NCBI GenBank assembly: GCA_963666985.2
Contig: CAXXIA010000002.1
Coordinates: 1,248,001 to 1,312,000 of the forward strand
From: Spirochaetia bacterium
GTDB taxonomy: Bacteria > Spirochaetota > Spirochaetia > DSM-2461
Direction of reading: 5' to 3'
DNA: 64,000 nt
Position 1 is the first letter of the stretch, and each line of letters opens with the position of its first letter. Below are positions 1-9,565 of the stretch, in pieces. The notes below the pieces were generated by a model. It saw only the letters and a list, made by a program, of their open reading frames with translations. It had not been told where the DNA came from and ran no database searches. The position numbers were made by a program, and so were the translations under genes.

Positions 1-189
1 CACTTCATCCGCAGTGGTAACGCACTGGTTGGGAGCAACTGTCAGCGCTCCAATCCTCATGGTATAGACCGTATTATCTTCCTTCACGGCCTCCTGACCC
101 TTCGCTTCGCCAGAATCCTTGCCGCATCCCGTCAAACCGAGGGAAATAACAAGAATCACGAGAAAAAACGGTAATAATTTTCTTTTCAT
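1..189 (-). CDS. dctP: TRAP transporter substrate-binding lipoprotein (5' part; continues beyond window start)
   Basis: Translated by hand (absent from ORF track): MKRKLLPFFLVILVISLGLTGC-GKDSGEAKGQEAVKEDNTVYTMRIGALTVAPNQC...; lipobox LTGC; AAGGAG RBS upstream; lies downstream of dctQ/dctM on the same strand. Confidence 0.75.
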   Translation of the reverse strand, partial: MKRKLLPFFLVILVISLGLTGCGKDSGEAKGQEAVKEDNTVYTMRIGALTVAPNQCVTTADEV

Positions 190-224
190 GCAACCGCTCC
201 TTAAAAAAACTACCATTATTTAAC

Positions 225-243
225 ATCCGGTTTTTAACCGGAT
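225..243. terminator. Intercistronic stem-loop between amidohydrolase and dctP
   Basis: ATCCGGTT-TTT-AACCGGAT, perfect 8-bp inverted repeat. Confidence 0.4.
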
Positions 244-283
244 ATTTTTAACATCATTTTATATCCGCATTACGAATAGTTAT

Positions 284-1285
284 CTAAACAGATATACCGA
301 AATATTCTTCCGCATTTTCATAATAGAGTTTTCGAATTTCATTCTCCGAAACATTAAGAGAGTCTAAGAAATTGACGCTTTTCACCATGCTTTCCATCGG
401 ATAATCGGTACCGAACAAAATATGGTCCATTCCAATTACGGATCGTGTACATTCAAAAGCGGCCTTTGAAAAATTTCCGCTGGTACTCACCCAAATATTA
501 GTCTTGAAATACTCACCGGGCTTTTTCTTGTTTCTTGCATTATTTTCAACCGCCTGCTGAACTCTTATGGAATCGTTTAACCGCTCCATAAAGAATGGAA
601 AGCCTTCACCGAGGTGACCGATGATAACCTTTAACTCCGGCAGTCGATCAAAAACACCGGCAAAAATCATTCGAGTCAGTGCCGTACTTACATCAATGGA
701 AAAACCAAGACCGGATGAAAGCATGGCCGGTCCGTATCCGTGCAATTGAGGGATGGTAGGTATCGTCGGATGAAGGTAGACAAAAAGTCCTAACTCAACA
801 GCTTTTTCGAGCAAGGGGAAAAACATTTCATCATCGAGCTGTTTATCTCCGTAATTCGAGAAGGCGTTCCAACCGACAAATCCCAATTCATTCCTGCATC
901 GCTCCAGTTCCTTAAGAGACGCCTCAACATCGTTCACCGCCAAAACGGCGTATCCCTTAAGCCTGTCCGGGCACTTTTGCATTGCTTCATACAAAGCCGT
1001 ATTGATATCGATTGCGGCCCGACGGCCCAATTCCGGCTCAAGCTGCTCGACGCCGATGGATGCGCTTAAAATGGAAACATCAACACCGGCTTCATCCATG
1101 TCCCTGATTCGCTTATCGGTTAAATCAAGAAGCAATGGAATTATCGGTTTAATGGGGACCACACCGTCGCCGCCGTGATACATAAACTCATTCTTCGTAT
1201 TAAAAACGGGAATATTCTCCCGATCCGAAACCGTCTCCAAAAAATTTTTTGTATAATAATGAGCTTCAAAGTCAATTCGTTTCAA
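284..1285 (-). CDS. Amidohydrolase-2 family protein, putative non-oxidative aromatic-acid decarboxylase (dihydroxybenzoate decarboxylase/LigW/ACMSD-like)
   Basis: Motifs D-F-E-A-H, YLHP, GHLGE, STSGNF, FGTDYP; TTG start with AAGGA RBS. Confidence 0.8.
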   Translation of the reverse strand: MKRIDFEAHYYTKNFLETVSDRENIPVFNTKNEFMYHGGDGVVPIKPIIPLLLDLTDKRIRDMDEAGVDVSILSASIGVEQLEPELGRRAAIDINTALYEAMQKCPDRLKGYAVLAVNDVEASLKELERCRNELGFVGWNAFSNYGDKQLDDEMFFPLLEKAVELGLFVYLHPTIPTIPQLHGYGPAMLSSGLGFSIDVSTALTRMIFAGVFDRLPELKVIIGHLGEGFPFFMERLNDSIRVQQAVENNARNKKKPGEYFKTNIWVSTSGNFSKAAFECTRSVIGMDHILFGTDYPMESMVKSVNFLDSLNVSENEIRKLYYENAEEYFGISV

Positions 1286-1332
1286 AATATCATCCTTAAA
1301 ACAATATCAGCGGGTTCAATCACTCCGCTTTC

Positions 1333-2595
1333 TCATAGGAGAGCTAAGGTTAATCCGGGGATGTAGGTAATTAACGCCAGCCCAAGGATATAAAGAAGAA
1401 TGAACGGTACAACGGCCTTGGCAATGGCTCCCATAGGCTGTTCCAGAACACTTTGGGTTACAAATATGTTCATTCCGAAAGGAGGCGTGAACATCCCTAT
1501 GGACAAGTTAACGGTAAAAACCAGACCCAAATGGATCGGATCAATTCCAAGTGCCGTGGCGGTCGGCAGCAAAAGGGGAGCCAGAATCAATACAGCCGCA
1601 CCCGGATCGAACAGACATCCGATAATCAGCAGCAGAACATTCAGCATGATAAGAAACTGAATCGAATTGAACTGAGCAAATGCTTCCACCAGCATCTGAG
1701 GCGCCTGAGAAATATTCAAAGCCTGGCCGAATACGGTACTGGATGCGATTAAAATAAAAATCTGAACCATGGTCCGTACGGAATCTTTAAAGAGCTGAGG
1801 CAGTTCCTTAATCTTAATATCCTTGAGAACAAAGACTGAAATAATAAAAGAATAAAGCGCTCCGATGGCTCCCGCTTCGGTCGGAGTAAAAAGTCCGCCG
1901 TAAATACCGCCGAGAATAATCACCGGCAAGACCATAACGGGGATACTTTCCTTGATGGCCTTCCTTCGTTCGCCTTTAATATGCTCGGGTTTCTCGCCGC
2001 TGGTATTCTTCCCGACAATAAACAGATAGACGCAAAGAATAGCGACCAAAAGAAGTCCCGGCAGAATTCCGCCGGTAAACAGATTTCCGATGGAAGTATC
2101 GGTACAAATGCCGTAAACAATCAGAATCATACTGGGGGGAATAATGCTTGCCAAAGCGCCGGACGATGTAACAACCCCCAGAGCAAGGCTGTTGTTATAT
2201 AATTTTTTAAGCGGATTGTAGATGATTTTCCCAAACGTTGCGGTTGCGGCCGGCGGTGATCCTGAAATAGCGCCGAAGACGGCGTTCGTCAGAACACAGG
2301 AAACGGCCAGGCCGCCTCTGATTCTCTTGCAGAGAACCATAAAAACATTAATAAGTCTTCGTCCCAAAGAACTTTTCGCGATGATTGTTCCGGCCACGAC
2401 AAAATAAGGCAGGGCCATCAGACTGTTTTTATTGAGAGCTTCAAACATCCCCGTAAACAGATTCTGAAGAGGCATATGATTTATAAAAACCTGCAGATAA
2501 ACCGTACTCGCGAGAATACCCAAATAAATAGGCATTCCCGTTCCAACAAGAACCACCAATATGATTGCTACGGGAATAATAATTTGCGCTATCAT
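1333..2595 (-). CDS. dctM: TRAP transporter large permease
   Basis: 420 aa polytopic; FGAISGS, IIPPS, GMFTPPFG, FTPTEAGA motifs. Confidence 0.92.
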   Translation of the reverse strand: MIAQIIIPVAIILVVLVGTGMPIYLGILASTVYLQVFINHMPLQNLFTGMFEALNKNSLMALPYFVVAGTIIAKSSLGRRLINVFMVLCKRIRGGLAVSCVLTNAVFGAISGSPPAATATFGKIIYNPLKKLYNNSLALGVVTSSGALASIIPPSMILIVYGICTDTSIGNLFTGGILPGLLLVAILCVYLFIVGKNTSGEKPEHIKGERRKAIKESIPVMVLPVIILGGIYGGLFTPTEAGAIGALYSFIISVFVLKDIKIKELPQLFKDSVRTMVQIFILIASSTVFGQALNISQAPQMLVEAFAQFNSIQFLIMLNVLLLIIGCLFDPGAAVLILAPLLLPTATALGIDPIHLGLVFTVNLSIGMFTPPFGMNIFVTQSVLEQPMGAIAKAVVPFILLYILGLALITYIPGLTLALL

Positions 2596-3083
2596 TCGAA
2601 TTTGCTCCCTCGATTACAGAACAAAATCGCCAGCCATCCGATAATAAAAAGCGCATAAGAACCAACAACAATCGTATAAAGAATATATCGCGGTATTTGA
2701 AGCACATAGGTAACGGCTTGTGTTTGAAAGGTACTTTTTATCGTACCGAAACCGCTCTTAATTAAAATGGCAAAAATACCAAGAGTAATTATTCCTCTGA
2801 CAATGTAAATAATTTTCTTAACTACTTCGCTTTTTACCGTTGTATTAAAGATATCTATGCTCAAATGCCTATCTTCGGTTTCAAGCCATGATATCGCCAA
2901 AAAGGTCAGAAGGATGCACAAATAAGTACACACTTCTTCGGACCACGGCATTCCGGCCTTAAAACCGTACCGCAAAATCGCGTTCAAGGCCGCGAGGAAC
3001 GTTGAAACGGCCAGCATAAAACCGCCGAACATTCCCAGGGCGTTGTACAAGCGTTTGAGTACACCAACAATTTTTTTACCCAT
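2592..3083 (-). CDS. dctQ: TRAP transporter small permease
   Basis: 4 TM segments, 'LRYGF...WSEE', 'HLSID'; start taken at ATG 3083 (GGAG RBS), ORF track starts 3113; 4-bp overlap with dctM. Confidence 0.88.
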   Translation of the reverse strand: MGKKIVGVLKRLYNALGMFGGFMLAVSTFLAALNAILRYGFKAGMPWSEEVCTYLCILLTFLAISWLETEDRHLSIDIFNTTVKSEVVKKIIYIVRGIITLGIFAILIKSGFGTIKSTFQTQAVTYVLQIPRYILYTIVVGSYALFIIGWLAILFCNRGSKFE

Positions 3084-3249
3084 TAAGTTACTCCATGTGT
3101 TTATAAGAAACAAAATCGCGAAATTCTGTTATTGCTTACCCGTATATCAGCGGCTATTTTTTCCAAGCGTAACTATATTGTACTTGCCTGTAGAGAATTA
3201 TCAGACATACCGACTCACTATGACTTATGATCGGAAGGACTACAACGTG

Positions 3250-3278
3250 CAAAATTGTACTTTTTAAGTTCAATTTTG
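3250..3278. promoter_or_regulatory. Inverted repeat in the divergent promoter region, candidate operator
   Basis: CAAAATTGTACTT-TTT-AAGTTCAATTTTG (13-bp arms, 1 mismatch). Confidence 0.4.
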
Positions 3279-3820
3279 TAGTTCAGCATTTTTCATAACA
3301 TAAAGGTCATGACATTCATTACATTACCGGTATGCAGCAAAACCTGAACATGACAATCGGAACTTATCCTATTTATAATAAGTGGATAAAAACCATAAGT
3401 TTATAGATCGTCCTCATAATCCCGAGATTAAAAAATGTAATGCAGCCGCTTCTTTTTAATGCCGCATAAAAAAGACTTTCCTTTTTCATGAAATTATGGA
3501 ATCCTATTTCTCGTCATATTTATCCGTAACGGATGCTTGCAGCAGGCGGCCGAAATGATAAATGGCGGATCTTCCACGGATGTATTTATATAGTATGTTT
3601 TTAGCCGCTTTTTTCTCGGCGGACACAAAAAAAGGCAATTAGATTGCCTAAATTATTTGTCTCCAAAAAAGTTGAGAACAAAAGGAATGATTGATCTAAA
3701 TCATCATATAAACGAATATAAGGGACAATACCGTTGACGATTTTTTTCAGTAATATAATTTCCGCCGCTTAAGGATAAAATTTTCATGCTTAAAAACATA
3801 TTAAAGGAGACGCTGACCAG

Positions 3821-5101
3821 ATGAAACGCTACGCCATCGTGGGCTTCGGCTGCGCGGGCTACCATGCTCTCTGCGCCATCAGAGAACATGATACCGAAAG
3901 TGAGATCCATATCTTCTCCGATCATAACGACCCGCCCTCCAACCCGATGCTGACAACTTACTTCGTCGCGAACCGGCTTCCCTACAAGGGGATGTTTCCT
4001 TTCGGAACCCTTGAAGAGATTCAAAAACGATTCAACGCCGTCATCCATGTCAACACGCAGGTGACTCATCTGGATGCCGCCCGAAAGAGTCTGCGCTTTC
4101 TTGAAGCGGGCAAGGATGAAGAGCGTTCCTTCGATGCCGTTCTTCTGGCCACCGGGGCCACCCCGATCGTTCCGCCTTTAGGCGTTGAAGTGGGCAAGCG
4201 GGTTCTCTGCATGAGGACCGTACAGGATGCCGAACTTCTTAAAGAACGTCTTGATGTCGGCGATATCCGCTCGGCCACCGTTATCGGCGGCTCCATGGTG
4301 GGAATTAAAATCATTGAACTGCTTCAGGAACGGGAGATAGCCTGCACCCTGGCCGATATGGCCGAACGCATCTTTCCCCTCTCGGCCTTTCCCGATGTCT
4401 CAGAGGAAATTGAACGCCGACTCTCACTCCAAAAAATCGCATTGCGTTTCGGCAGCGCCGTTACCGGCGCCAAAGAGGATGAATCATCAGTTACCACCAG
4501 CTTTGCCGACGGCACCTCGGTTACCGGCGATCTTTTGGTTCTCTGCATCGGAACCCGGGCCAACATCACTCTGGCCAAAGACGCCGGGATAGAGACGGGC
4601 CGGGGAATTGTCGTGGACGACAGGATGATGAGTTCGGTCGAGGGAATCTATGCCGCGGGCGACTGCTGTGAAGCGCGCAACCTGATGGACAACTCTCATC
4701 AGGTTATCGGCCTATGGGCGAACGCCGGATATCAGGGAGAGACGGCGGGGGCGTGCATGAGCGGCAAGTGCGCTCTTTTTTCGGGCAACATCATCCACAA
4801 CATCACCCACTTCATGGGGATGGACTTCATCAGTCTGGGCAACGTGAACGCGGAAGGCGAGATTCATACCATCGGAAAGCCCTCGGATTCCCGCTACATC
4901 AAGGCGGTCCGAAAAGACGGACAGCTGCTTTGTCTGAACCTTTTGGAGGGCTACCATATCAGCGGTGTTCTCAAAAACTACATGATGAATCGATTCTCTG
5001 GGAACCGGGCTCCTCTACCGACGGCCCTGCGGGGGCTGTTGGCCCGTGAGGGATTCACCGACGAATTCCTGTCGCTTTTCGAAGGAGAAGAACATTCATG
5101 A
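3821..5101 (+). CDS. FAD-dependent pyridine nucleotide-disulfide oxidoreductase (NirB N-terminal/rubredoxin reductase-like)
   Basis: GFGCAG FAD motif, LLATGA, VIGGSMVG NAD motif, IYAAGDC; AAGGAG RBS. Confidence 0.88.
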   Translation: MKRYAIVGFGCAGYHALCAIREHDTESEIHIFSDHNDPPSNPMLTTYFVANRLPYKGMFPFGTLEEIQKRFNAVIHVNTQVTHLDAARKSLRFLEAGKDEERSFDAVLLATGATPIVPPLGVEVGKRVLCMRTVQDAELLKERLDVGDIRSATVIGGSMVGIKIIELLQEREIACTLADMAERIFPLSAFPDVSEEIERRLSLQKIALRFGSAVTGAKEDESSVTTSFADGTSVTGDLLVLCIGTRANITLAKDAGIETGRGIVVDDRMMSSVEGIYAAGDCCEARNLMDNSHQVIGLWANAGYQGETAGACMSGKCALFSGNIIHNITHFMGMDFISLGNVNAEGEIHTIGKPSDSRYIKAVRKDGQLLCLNLLEGYHISGVLKNYMMNRFSGNRAPLPTALRGLLAREGFTDEFLSLFEGEEHS

Positions 5102-7227
5102 GCACTGAAGTCGAAATCAAAATCAAGAAAAAGATCCCCGGAGAGGATACCGGGATTATCACGAAGAACAGCTTTTGCGATGTCTGCGCCCCGGGACCCC
5201 ACTGCGGGGTGACCTGTTACGTGAAAGACGGAAAGATCATCAAGGTGGAGGGCACCGACGGACACCCGACCAATCACGGTCTTCTCTGTCCCAAGGGGCA
5301 ATCCAACCGTCAGTACATCTACCGAAAAGACAGGATTCAAACCCCGCTCAAGCGAACCGGCAAGAAGGGAAGCGGTCAATTTGAACCCATCGGCTGGGAT
5401 GAGGCTTACGCTGAGATCGCCCGAAACCTCAATAAGGTCAAAGAGAAATACGGGGCCAGTTCGGTCGCCTTCTTTTCCGGCTACAACAAATGGTACCGCC
5501 CCTTTTTGCAACGCTTCTGCTATTCCTTCGGCTCGGTGAACTACGGAACCGAATCCTCCTCCTGTTTTACCTCCACCATCATGTCCTGGCGGGCGACGAC
5601 CGGGGCCGATTTTGTCTCGGCGGATCTCTCCAAAGCGGGACTCTTCTTGGGCTGGTGCTATAACGCCTTCCACTCCATGCATCTGATGGTCAAAGGCGTC
5701 CAGATGGCCAGGGCGCGCGGAATGAAGTCCATCATCGTCGATCCCCGCATCACCCCGGCGGTGCAGCAGCAGTGTGATCTTCACCTGCGCATCAAGCCGG
5801 GAACCGATTGCGCCCTGGCGCTCTCTCTCGGGCGGGAACTGATCGTGAACGACTGGGTGGATCATGAGTACATCGAGAAGCATGTCCACGGCTATGAGGA
5901 ATACAAGAACTACGTTATGGACTTCACGCCTGAGAGGGTGGAGACGATCACCGATGTCCCGGCAAAGGATATCCGGCTTGCCGCCCGGATGATTCACGAG
6001 AATATGCCCCTGGCCATCAACCAGAGCGGGGCGGCCCTGGTGCACCATGCCAACGGAATGCAAAGCCACCGGGCCGTCATGGCCCTCTCGGCCCTGATGG
6101 GAACCTACGACCGTCCGGGCGGCATGATTCCTTCTCCTCTCACCTACGCCCATTCCATGGCGGGCTTTTCCACCCACGATCATGATTTTCCTTTCGAGAC
6201 GTATCCCAAGGACGCTCCCCGGCCCGTGGGCGGTCCGCGCTTTCCTCTCTGGGAAGAGATTGTCAAAGAGATGCAGGCCAACGACTTGGCCCGGCAGATC
6301 AACGAAGGAACGCCGTATCCGGTGAAAGCCGTTTGGGCTCACGGGATGAACTACCGGATGTTCAACGGCGATTTGGAAATGAAGAAGGCTATTGCGAATC
6401 TGGACTTTTTCGTGGATATCGACCTCTTCTTTACCGACACCGCCAAGATGGCCGATATCGTTCTTCCGGCCTGTTCTTCCTTCGAGCGAAGTGAGTTCAA
6501 AGTGTACGGCGGCGGTTATGCCCAGTACACCGAGAAGGTCATTGAGCCCCTGTACGAGTCAAAATCCGACACGGATATTCTGGTGGAGATGGCCAATTAT
6601 CTTGATCTGGATGATGAGCTCTTAAAAAGCGGCGCGGAAAATTGCGTACGCTACATGGTGCGCGATACACCGGTGGATATTGATTTTCTCAAAGCCAACA
6701 GTCAGTTCCCCCAGAAGGTGGAGGGCGCAGAGATTATTCCCGTCGGAGAGCATGGGTTTTCCACCCCTACCGGGAAGTTCGAACTGTATTCCACCATTAT
6801 TGAGAAGCATCCTGCTCTGGATGCGCTTCCCACCCACAAAGACAGCATCGATGCGGCCGATGAGTCCTTATACCCCTTCCGTCTGGTCTCCGGCTCCCGG
6901 CTTCCCTATGCCCTCCATTCCAGGCTTCATGATGTTCCCTGGCTTCGCTCACTCGAGCCGGATCCTCTGGCCTACATCAACAACGAGGATGCCCAAGAGA
7001 TGGGCATTCTCCGGGGTGATGAGGTTGAGGTTTCCACCGCCCTGGGCTTCATCACACTGAAGGCCAATCCGAGCCTGCGGATAAAAAAAGGGACGGTGCA
7101 CATTTACCATGGGTATCGGGAAGCGGACGTCAACGCCATTATCCCGGCCGCCCATACCGACCCCTACTCAGGGTTCCCCGGGTACAACAGTGTCCGCTGC
7201 AGCGTGACGAAGAAGGTGACTTCATGA
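5098..7227 (+). CDS. Molybdo/tungsto-bis-MGD (DMSO reductase family) oxidoreductase catalytic subunit, cytoplasmic
   Basis: CDVC-x5-C...LCPKG Fe-S motif, DRIQTPLKR, GWDEA, ADIVLPA, TPTGKFELYS, C-terminal MGD-binding domain; no Tat signal. Confidence 0.92.
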   Translation: MSTEVEIKIKKKIPGEDTGIITKNSFCDVCAPGPHCGVTCYVKDGKIIKVEGTDGHPTNHGLLCPKGQSNRQYIYRKDRIQTPLKRTGKKGSGQFEPIGWDEAYAEIARNLNKVKEKYGASSVAFFSGYNKWYRPFLQRFCYSFGSVNYGTESSSCFTSTIMSWRATTGADFVSADLSKAGLFLGWCYNAFHSMHLMVKGVQMARARGMKSIIVDPRITPAVQQQCDLHLRIKPGTDCALALSLGRELIVNDWVDHEYIEKHVHGYEEYKNYVMDFTPERVETITDVPAKDIRLAARMIHENMPLAINQSGAALVHHANGMQSHRAVMALSALMGTYDRPGGMIPSPLTYAHSMAGFSTHDHDFPFETYPKDAPRPVGGPRFPLWEEIVKEMQANDLARQINEGTPYPVKAVWAHGMNYRMFNGDLEMKKAIANLDFFVDIDLFFTDTAKMADIVLPACSSFERSEFKVYGGGYAQYTEKVIEPLYESKSDTDILVEMANYLDLDDELLKSGAENCVRYMVRDTPVDIDFLKANSQFPQKVEGAEIIPVGEHGFSTPTGKFELYSTIIEKHPALDALPTHKDSIDAADESLYPFRLVSGSRLPYALHSRLHDVPWLRSLEPDPLAYINNEDAQEMGILRGDEVEVSTALGFITLKANPSLRIKKGTVHIYHGYREADVNAIIPAAHTDPYSGFPGYNSVRCSVTKKVTS

Positions 7228-7745
7228 AAATCATATTCGAGTTCGACAAAGATAAATGCTCTGCCTGCGGGGCCTGCGCGGTGGCCTGCATGGATCAGAA
7301 TGATATCGATGTGTCATCAGGCCGGCAGCCGTATCGGAAAACCTATAACTACGAGGGGCAAAACGGAGAACTCGTCTCCATGTCCATCTCCTGCATGCAC
7401 TGCGCCGATGCGCCGTGCATCAACGCCTGTCCGATAAACTGCCTTTATAAAGACAAAGAGAGCGGACTGACCCTTTATGACAATGAAAACTGCATCGGCT
7501 GCCATTCCTGCGCCATGGCTTGTCCTTACGGGGCTCCGTCCTTCCGGGTTATCGAAGGTCCGCATCATCGGGAGAAAATGGAGAAGTGCGACAACTGCAT
7601 TGAGCGCATCCGGATCGGGAAAGATCCGGCCTGCGTGCATTCCTGCCCCACGGGGGCCCTCTCCTGGCGCTGGGCCGAGGATAACGAGGAGAGTCCTCTG
7701 GCTCGGCTCTATAAGAGCTGGAATGCGATGACGACGGGAAAATAG
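7224..7745 (+). CDS. 4Fe-4S dicluster protein (DmsB/HybA-like electron-transfer subunit)
   Basis: CSACGACAVAC, CMHCADAPCINACP, CIGCHSCAMACP, KCDNC...PACVHSCP; ATGA overlap with upstream gene. Confidence 0.93.
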   Translation: MKIIFEFDKDKCSACGACAVACMDQNDIDVSSGRQPYRKTYNYEGQNGELVSMSISCMHCADAPCINACPINCLYKDKESGLTLYDNENCIGCHSCAMACPYGAPSFRVIEGPHHREKMEKCDNCIERIRIGKDPACVHSCPTGALSWRWAEDNEESPLARLYKSWNAMTTGK

Positions 7746-7757
7746 CTTTCACCGACT

Positions 7758-7789
7758 GCATTGAGGCTCTTCTTGAGGAGCCTCAATGC
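7758..7789. terminator. Hairpin between convergent genes, probable bidirectional terminator
   Basis: GCATTGAGGCTC-N8-GAGCCTCAATGC, perfect 12-bp stem. Confidence 0.7.
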
Positions 7790-7793
7790 TTCC

Positions 7794-9332
7794 TTATCGA
7801 AGCCTTTTAACTCTTGGATCAATCATGGCGGCGGCCTTTCTGGCGCCCTTCATTACTCCGAGTACGCCGCCGCCGCTTTCACTCTGAGAACCGATGAACC
7901 AGAGATTGTTTACAGGAGTTCGAAAAGAAGGATTTTCGTTTCCCATAACCGGCGCGATACCGCCAAAGGAATGGTGACGCTGATGAACTCGCTTCTGAAA
8001 ATCTTCCGGCGTAAGAATCACCCGTTCAACAGTCCCCTTTTTAAGACCGGGGATATATCGTTCGGCTTCCAGAATCAGTTTGTCCGCAAGTTCTTCCCGG
8101 CGATCATTCCAGTTCCCCCCATTCAGTGTATTGGGAGCGATTGTATAAACGGTAACCGCATGCATCCCCTCGGGCGCCATTGCTGGAGAATGGTGCGAAG
8201 GCACATAAATTAAAAAGCCCTCTTTTCCTTCGTGATATGTCCCATTACGGCAGTCCTGAACGGCTTGTTCGACATCATGGGTACCATAATAATAACAGAG
8301 TGCCGATTTCTGGAAAGTGCAAGGATCAAAATTCACACCAAGATGAACCATGAAAACAGATTCCATTTGCACCTGACCGTCAATCTTTTGACGATATTCA
8401 GGCGTAAGGTATTCACTTCCAAGAAGATCGTAAAAAACCTCCCTGGCTCCGCCCGTAGCAATCACACAATCAGCATCCACGCGATACCCGTCATTCAAAA
8501 CAACGCCCGCCGCCTGATTCTTTTCAACGATGATTTTTTTTACGGGAGCCGAAACGGTAATCACTCCGCCGTTCTCTTCAATCACACCTCCGACCGCGTC
8601 CACCAGTGTTGAACACCCTTTTGTAATGAATCGATACTCCGGACGAGAACCGACTCCGGCATAATTATTGGGAATTCGTGAATCAAAAGCCGATTCAATA
8701 TTAAATGCCGGAACTCCGAGTCCGGGGAATTCACTGGGCTTCACGACAAGATCCGCCAGAATACCGGTAAAAACGGCTTTCAGTTCCGGCCTCGTAAAGA
8801 AGGAATCAACCACATCCGCGGCCGACCGGTCCTTCATTTTCTTCAAAGGCAGAAAACGCAGCATCATTCTCAAGAGAGTTATACCGCGCTCAACTCCCTT
8901 CTGAAGATCACTCCTCTGCCCCAGAACCATCAGATTCATCAGCTTTTCATAAAATTCATAATACAAATCCAGCCCTTTCGCATCTTCGGGAAAAAGCCGC
9001 TTCAGTCTTTCTCGGCGCCAATAAGGACCTTCATATTCATCCGGCTTCCAGAGACTGAAATCCGGAAAAACAATCCCCCGGTCCCGAGGCGGTGTTACAA
9101 AACCGCCGGGACATCCGAGTTCCTTCAGGATCTTAGTCCCCATATCTTGAGCTCCCCATCCCTCAAGAAGCAAAGGACCCAAGTCCCATCCGAAACCCTT
9201 ATGCCGGAGAGTCGCGGTCACCCCTCCTCTCTCATGAAATTGTTCAAAAACTTCAACCTTGTGTCCCATTCGGGATAAATAGGCTCCCGCGGTTAACCCG
9301 GACATTCCCGAGCCGATGATAACGACATTCAT
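7794..9332 (-). CDS. Phytoene desaturase-family (COG1233) FAD-dependent oxidoreductase
   Basis: IIGSGMSGL, E-x5-GG, GFGWDLGP, LTPEDF, RTPVNNLWFIG...GGGV; no other crt genes nearby. Confidence 0.82.
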   Translation of the reverse strand: MNVVIIGSGMSGLTAGAYLSRMGHKVEVFEQFHERGGVTATLRHKGFGWDLGPLLLEGWGAQDMGTKILKELGCPGGFVTPPRDRGIVFPDFSLWKPDEYEGPYWRRERLKRLFPEDAKGLDLYYEFYEKLMNLMVLGQRSDLQKGVERGITLLRMMLRFLPLKKMKDRSAADVVDSFFTRPELKAVFTGILADLVVKPSEFPGLGVPAFNIESAFDSRIPNNYAGVGSRPEYRFITKGCSTLVDAVGGVIEENGGVITVSAPVKKIIVEKNQAAGVVLNDGYRVDADCVIATGGAREVFYDLLGSEYLTPEYRQKIDGQVQMESVFMVHLGVNFDPCTFQKSALCYYYGTHDVEQAVQDCRNGTYHEGKEGFLIYVPSHHSPAMAPEGMHAVTVYTIAPNTLNGGNWNDRREELADKLILEAERYIPGLKKGTVERVILTPEDFQKRVHQRHHSFGGIAPVMGNENPSFRTPVNNLWFIGSQSESGGGVLGVMKGARKAAAMIDPRVKRLR

Positions 9333-9565
9333 GATTCTCTCCGGTCTTCAAAAACTGTTTTGATAAAATCATCATAACGTAAAAAATTACAGGTTAAATA
9401 TTTATTTTCACACAAGAAAGCATTTCAGAATATCGAGCCAGCAGCCGCACCGGAATTGATCAATACAATTCCGGAAACCCGTTCACTAAAACAGATTCCG
9501 TCCGGAAGTACGCGAATTCCCCATAATCCTTTCCCGAGCATCCCCGATGTACGATAATAAAAACC

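Noticed and set aside
3114..3820. Moco riboswitch, ModE box or sigma-54 promoter upstream of the Mo operon
   Set aside because: No matching consensus found by eye on either strand.
4978..6342. 454-aa minus-strand ORF
   Set aside because: Antisense shadow of the Mo-enzyme gene; no motifs; expected in GC-rich coding DNA.
5098..7227. Selenocysteine recoding in the Mo enzyme
   Set aside because: Frame is uninterrupted; the candidate ligand is a TGT Cys codon.
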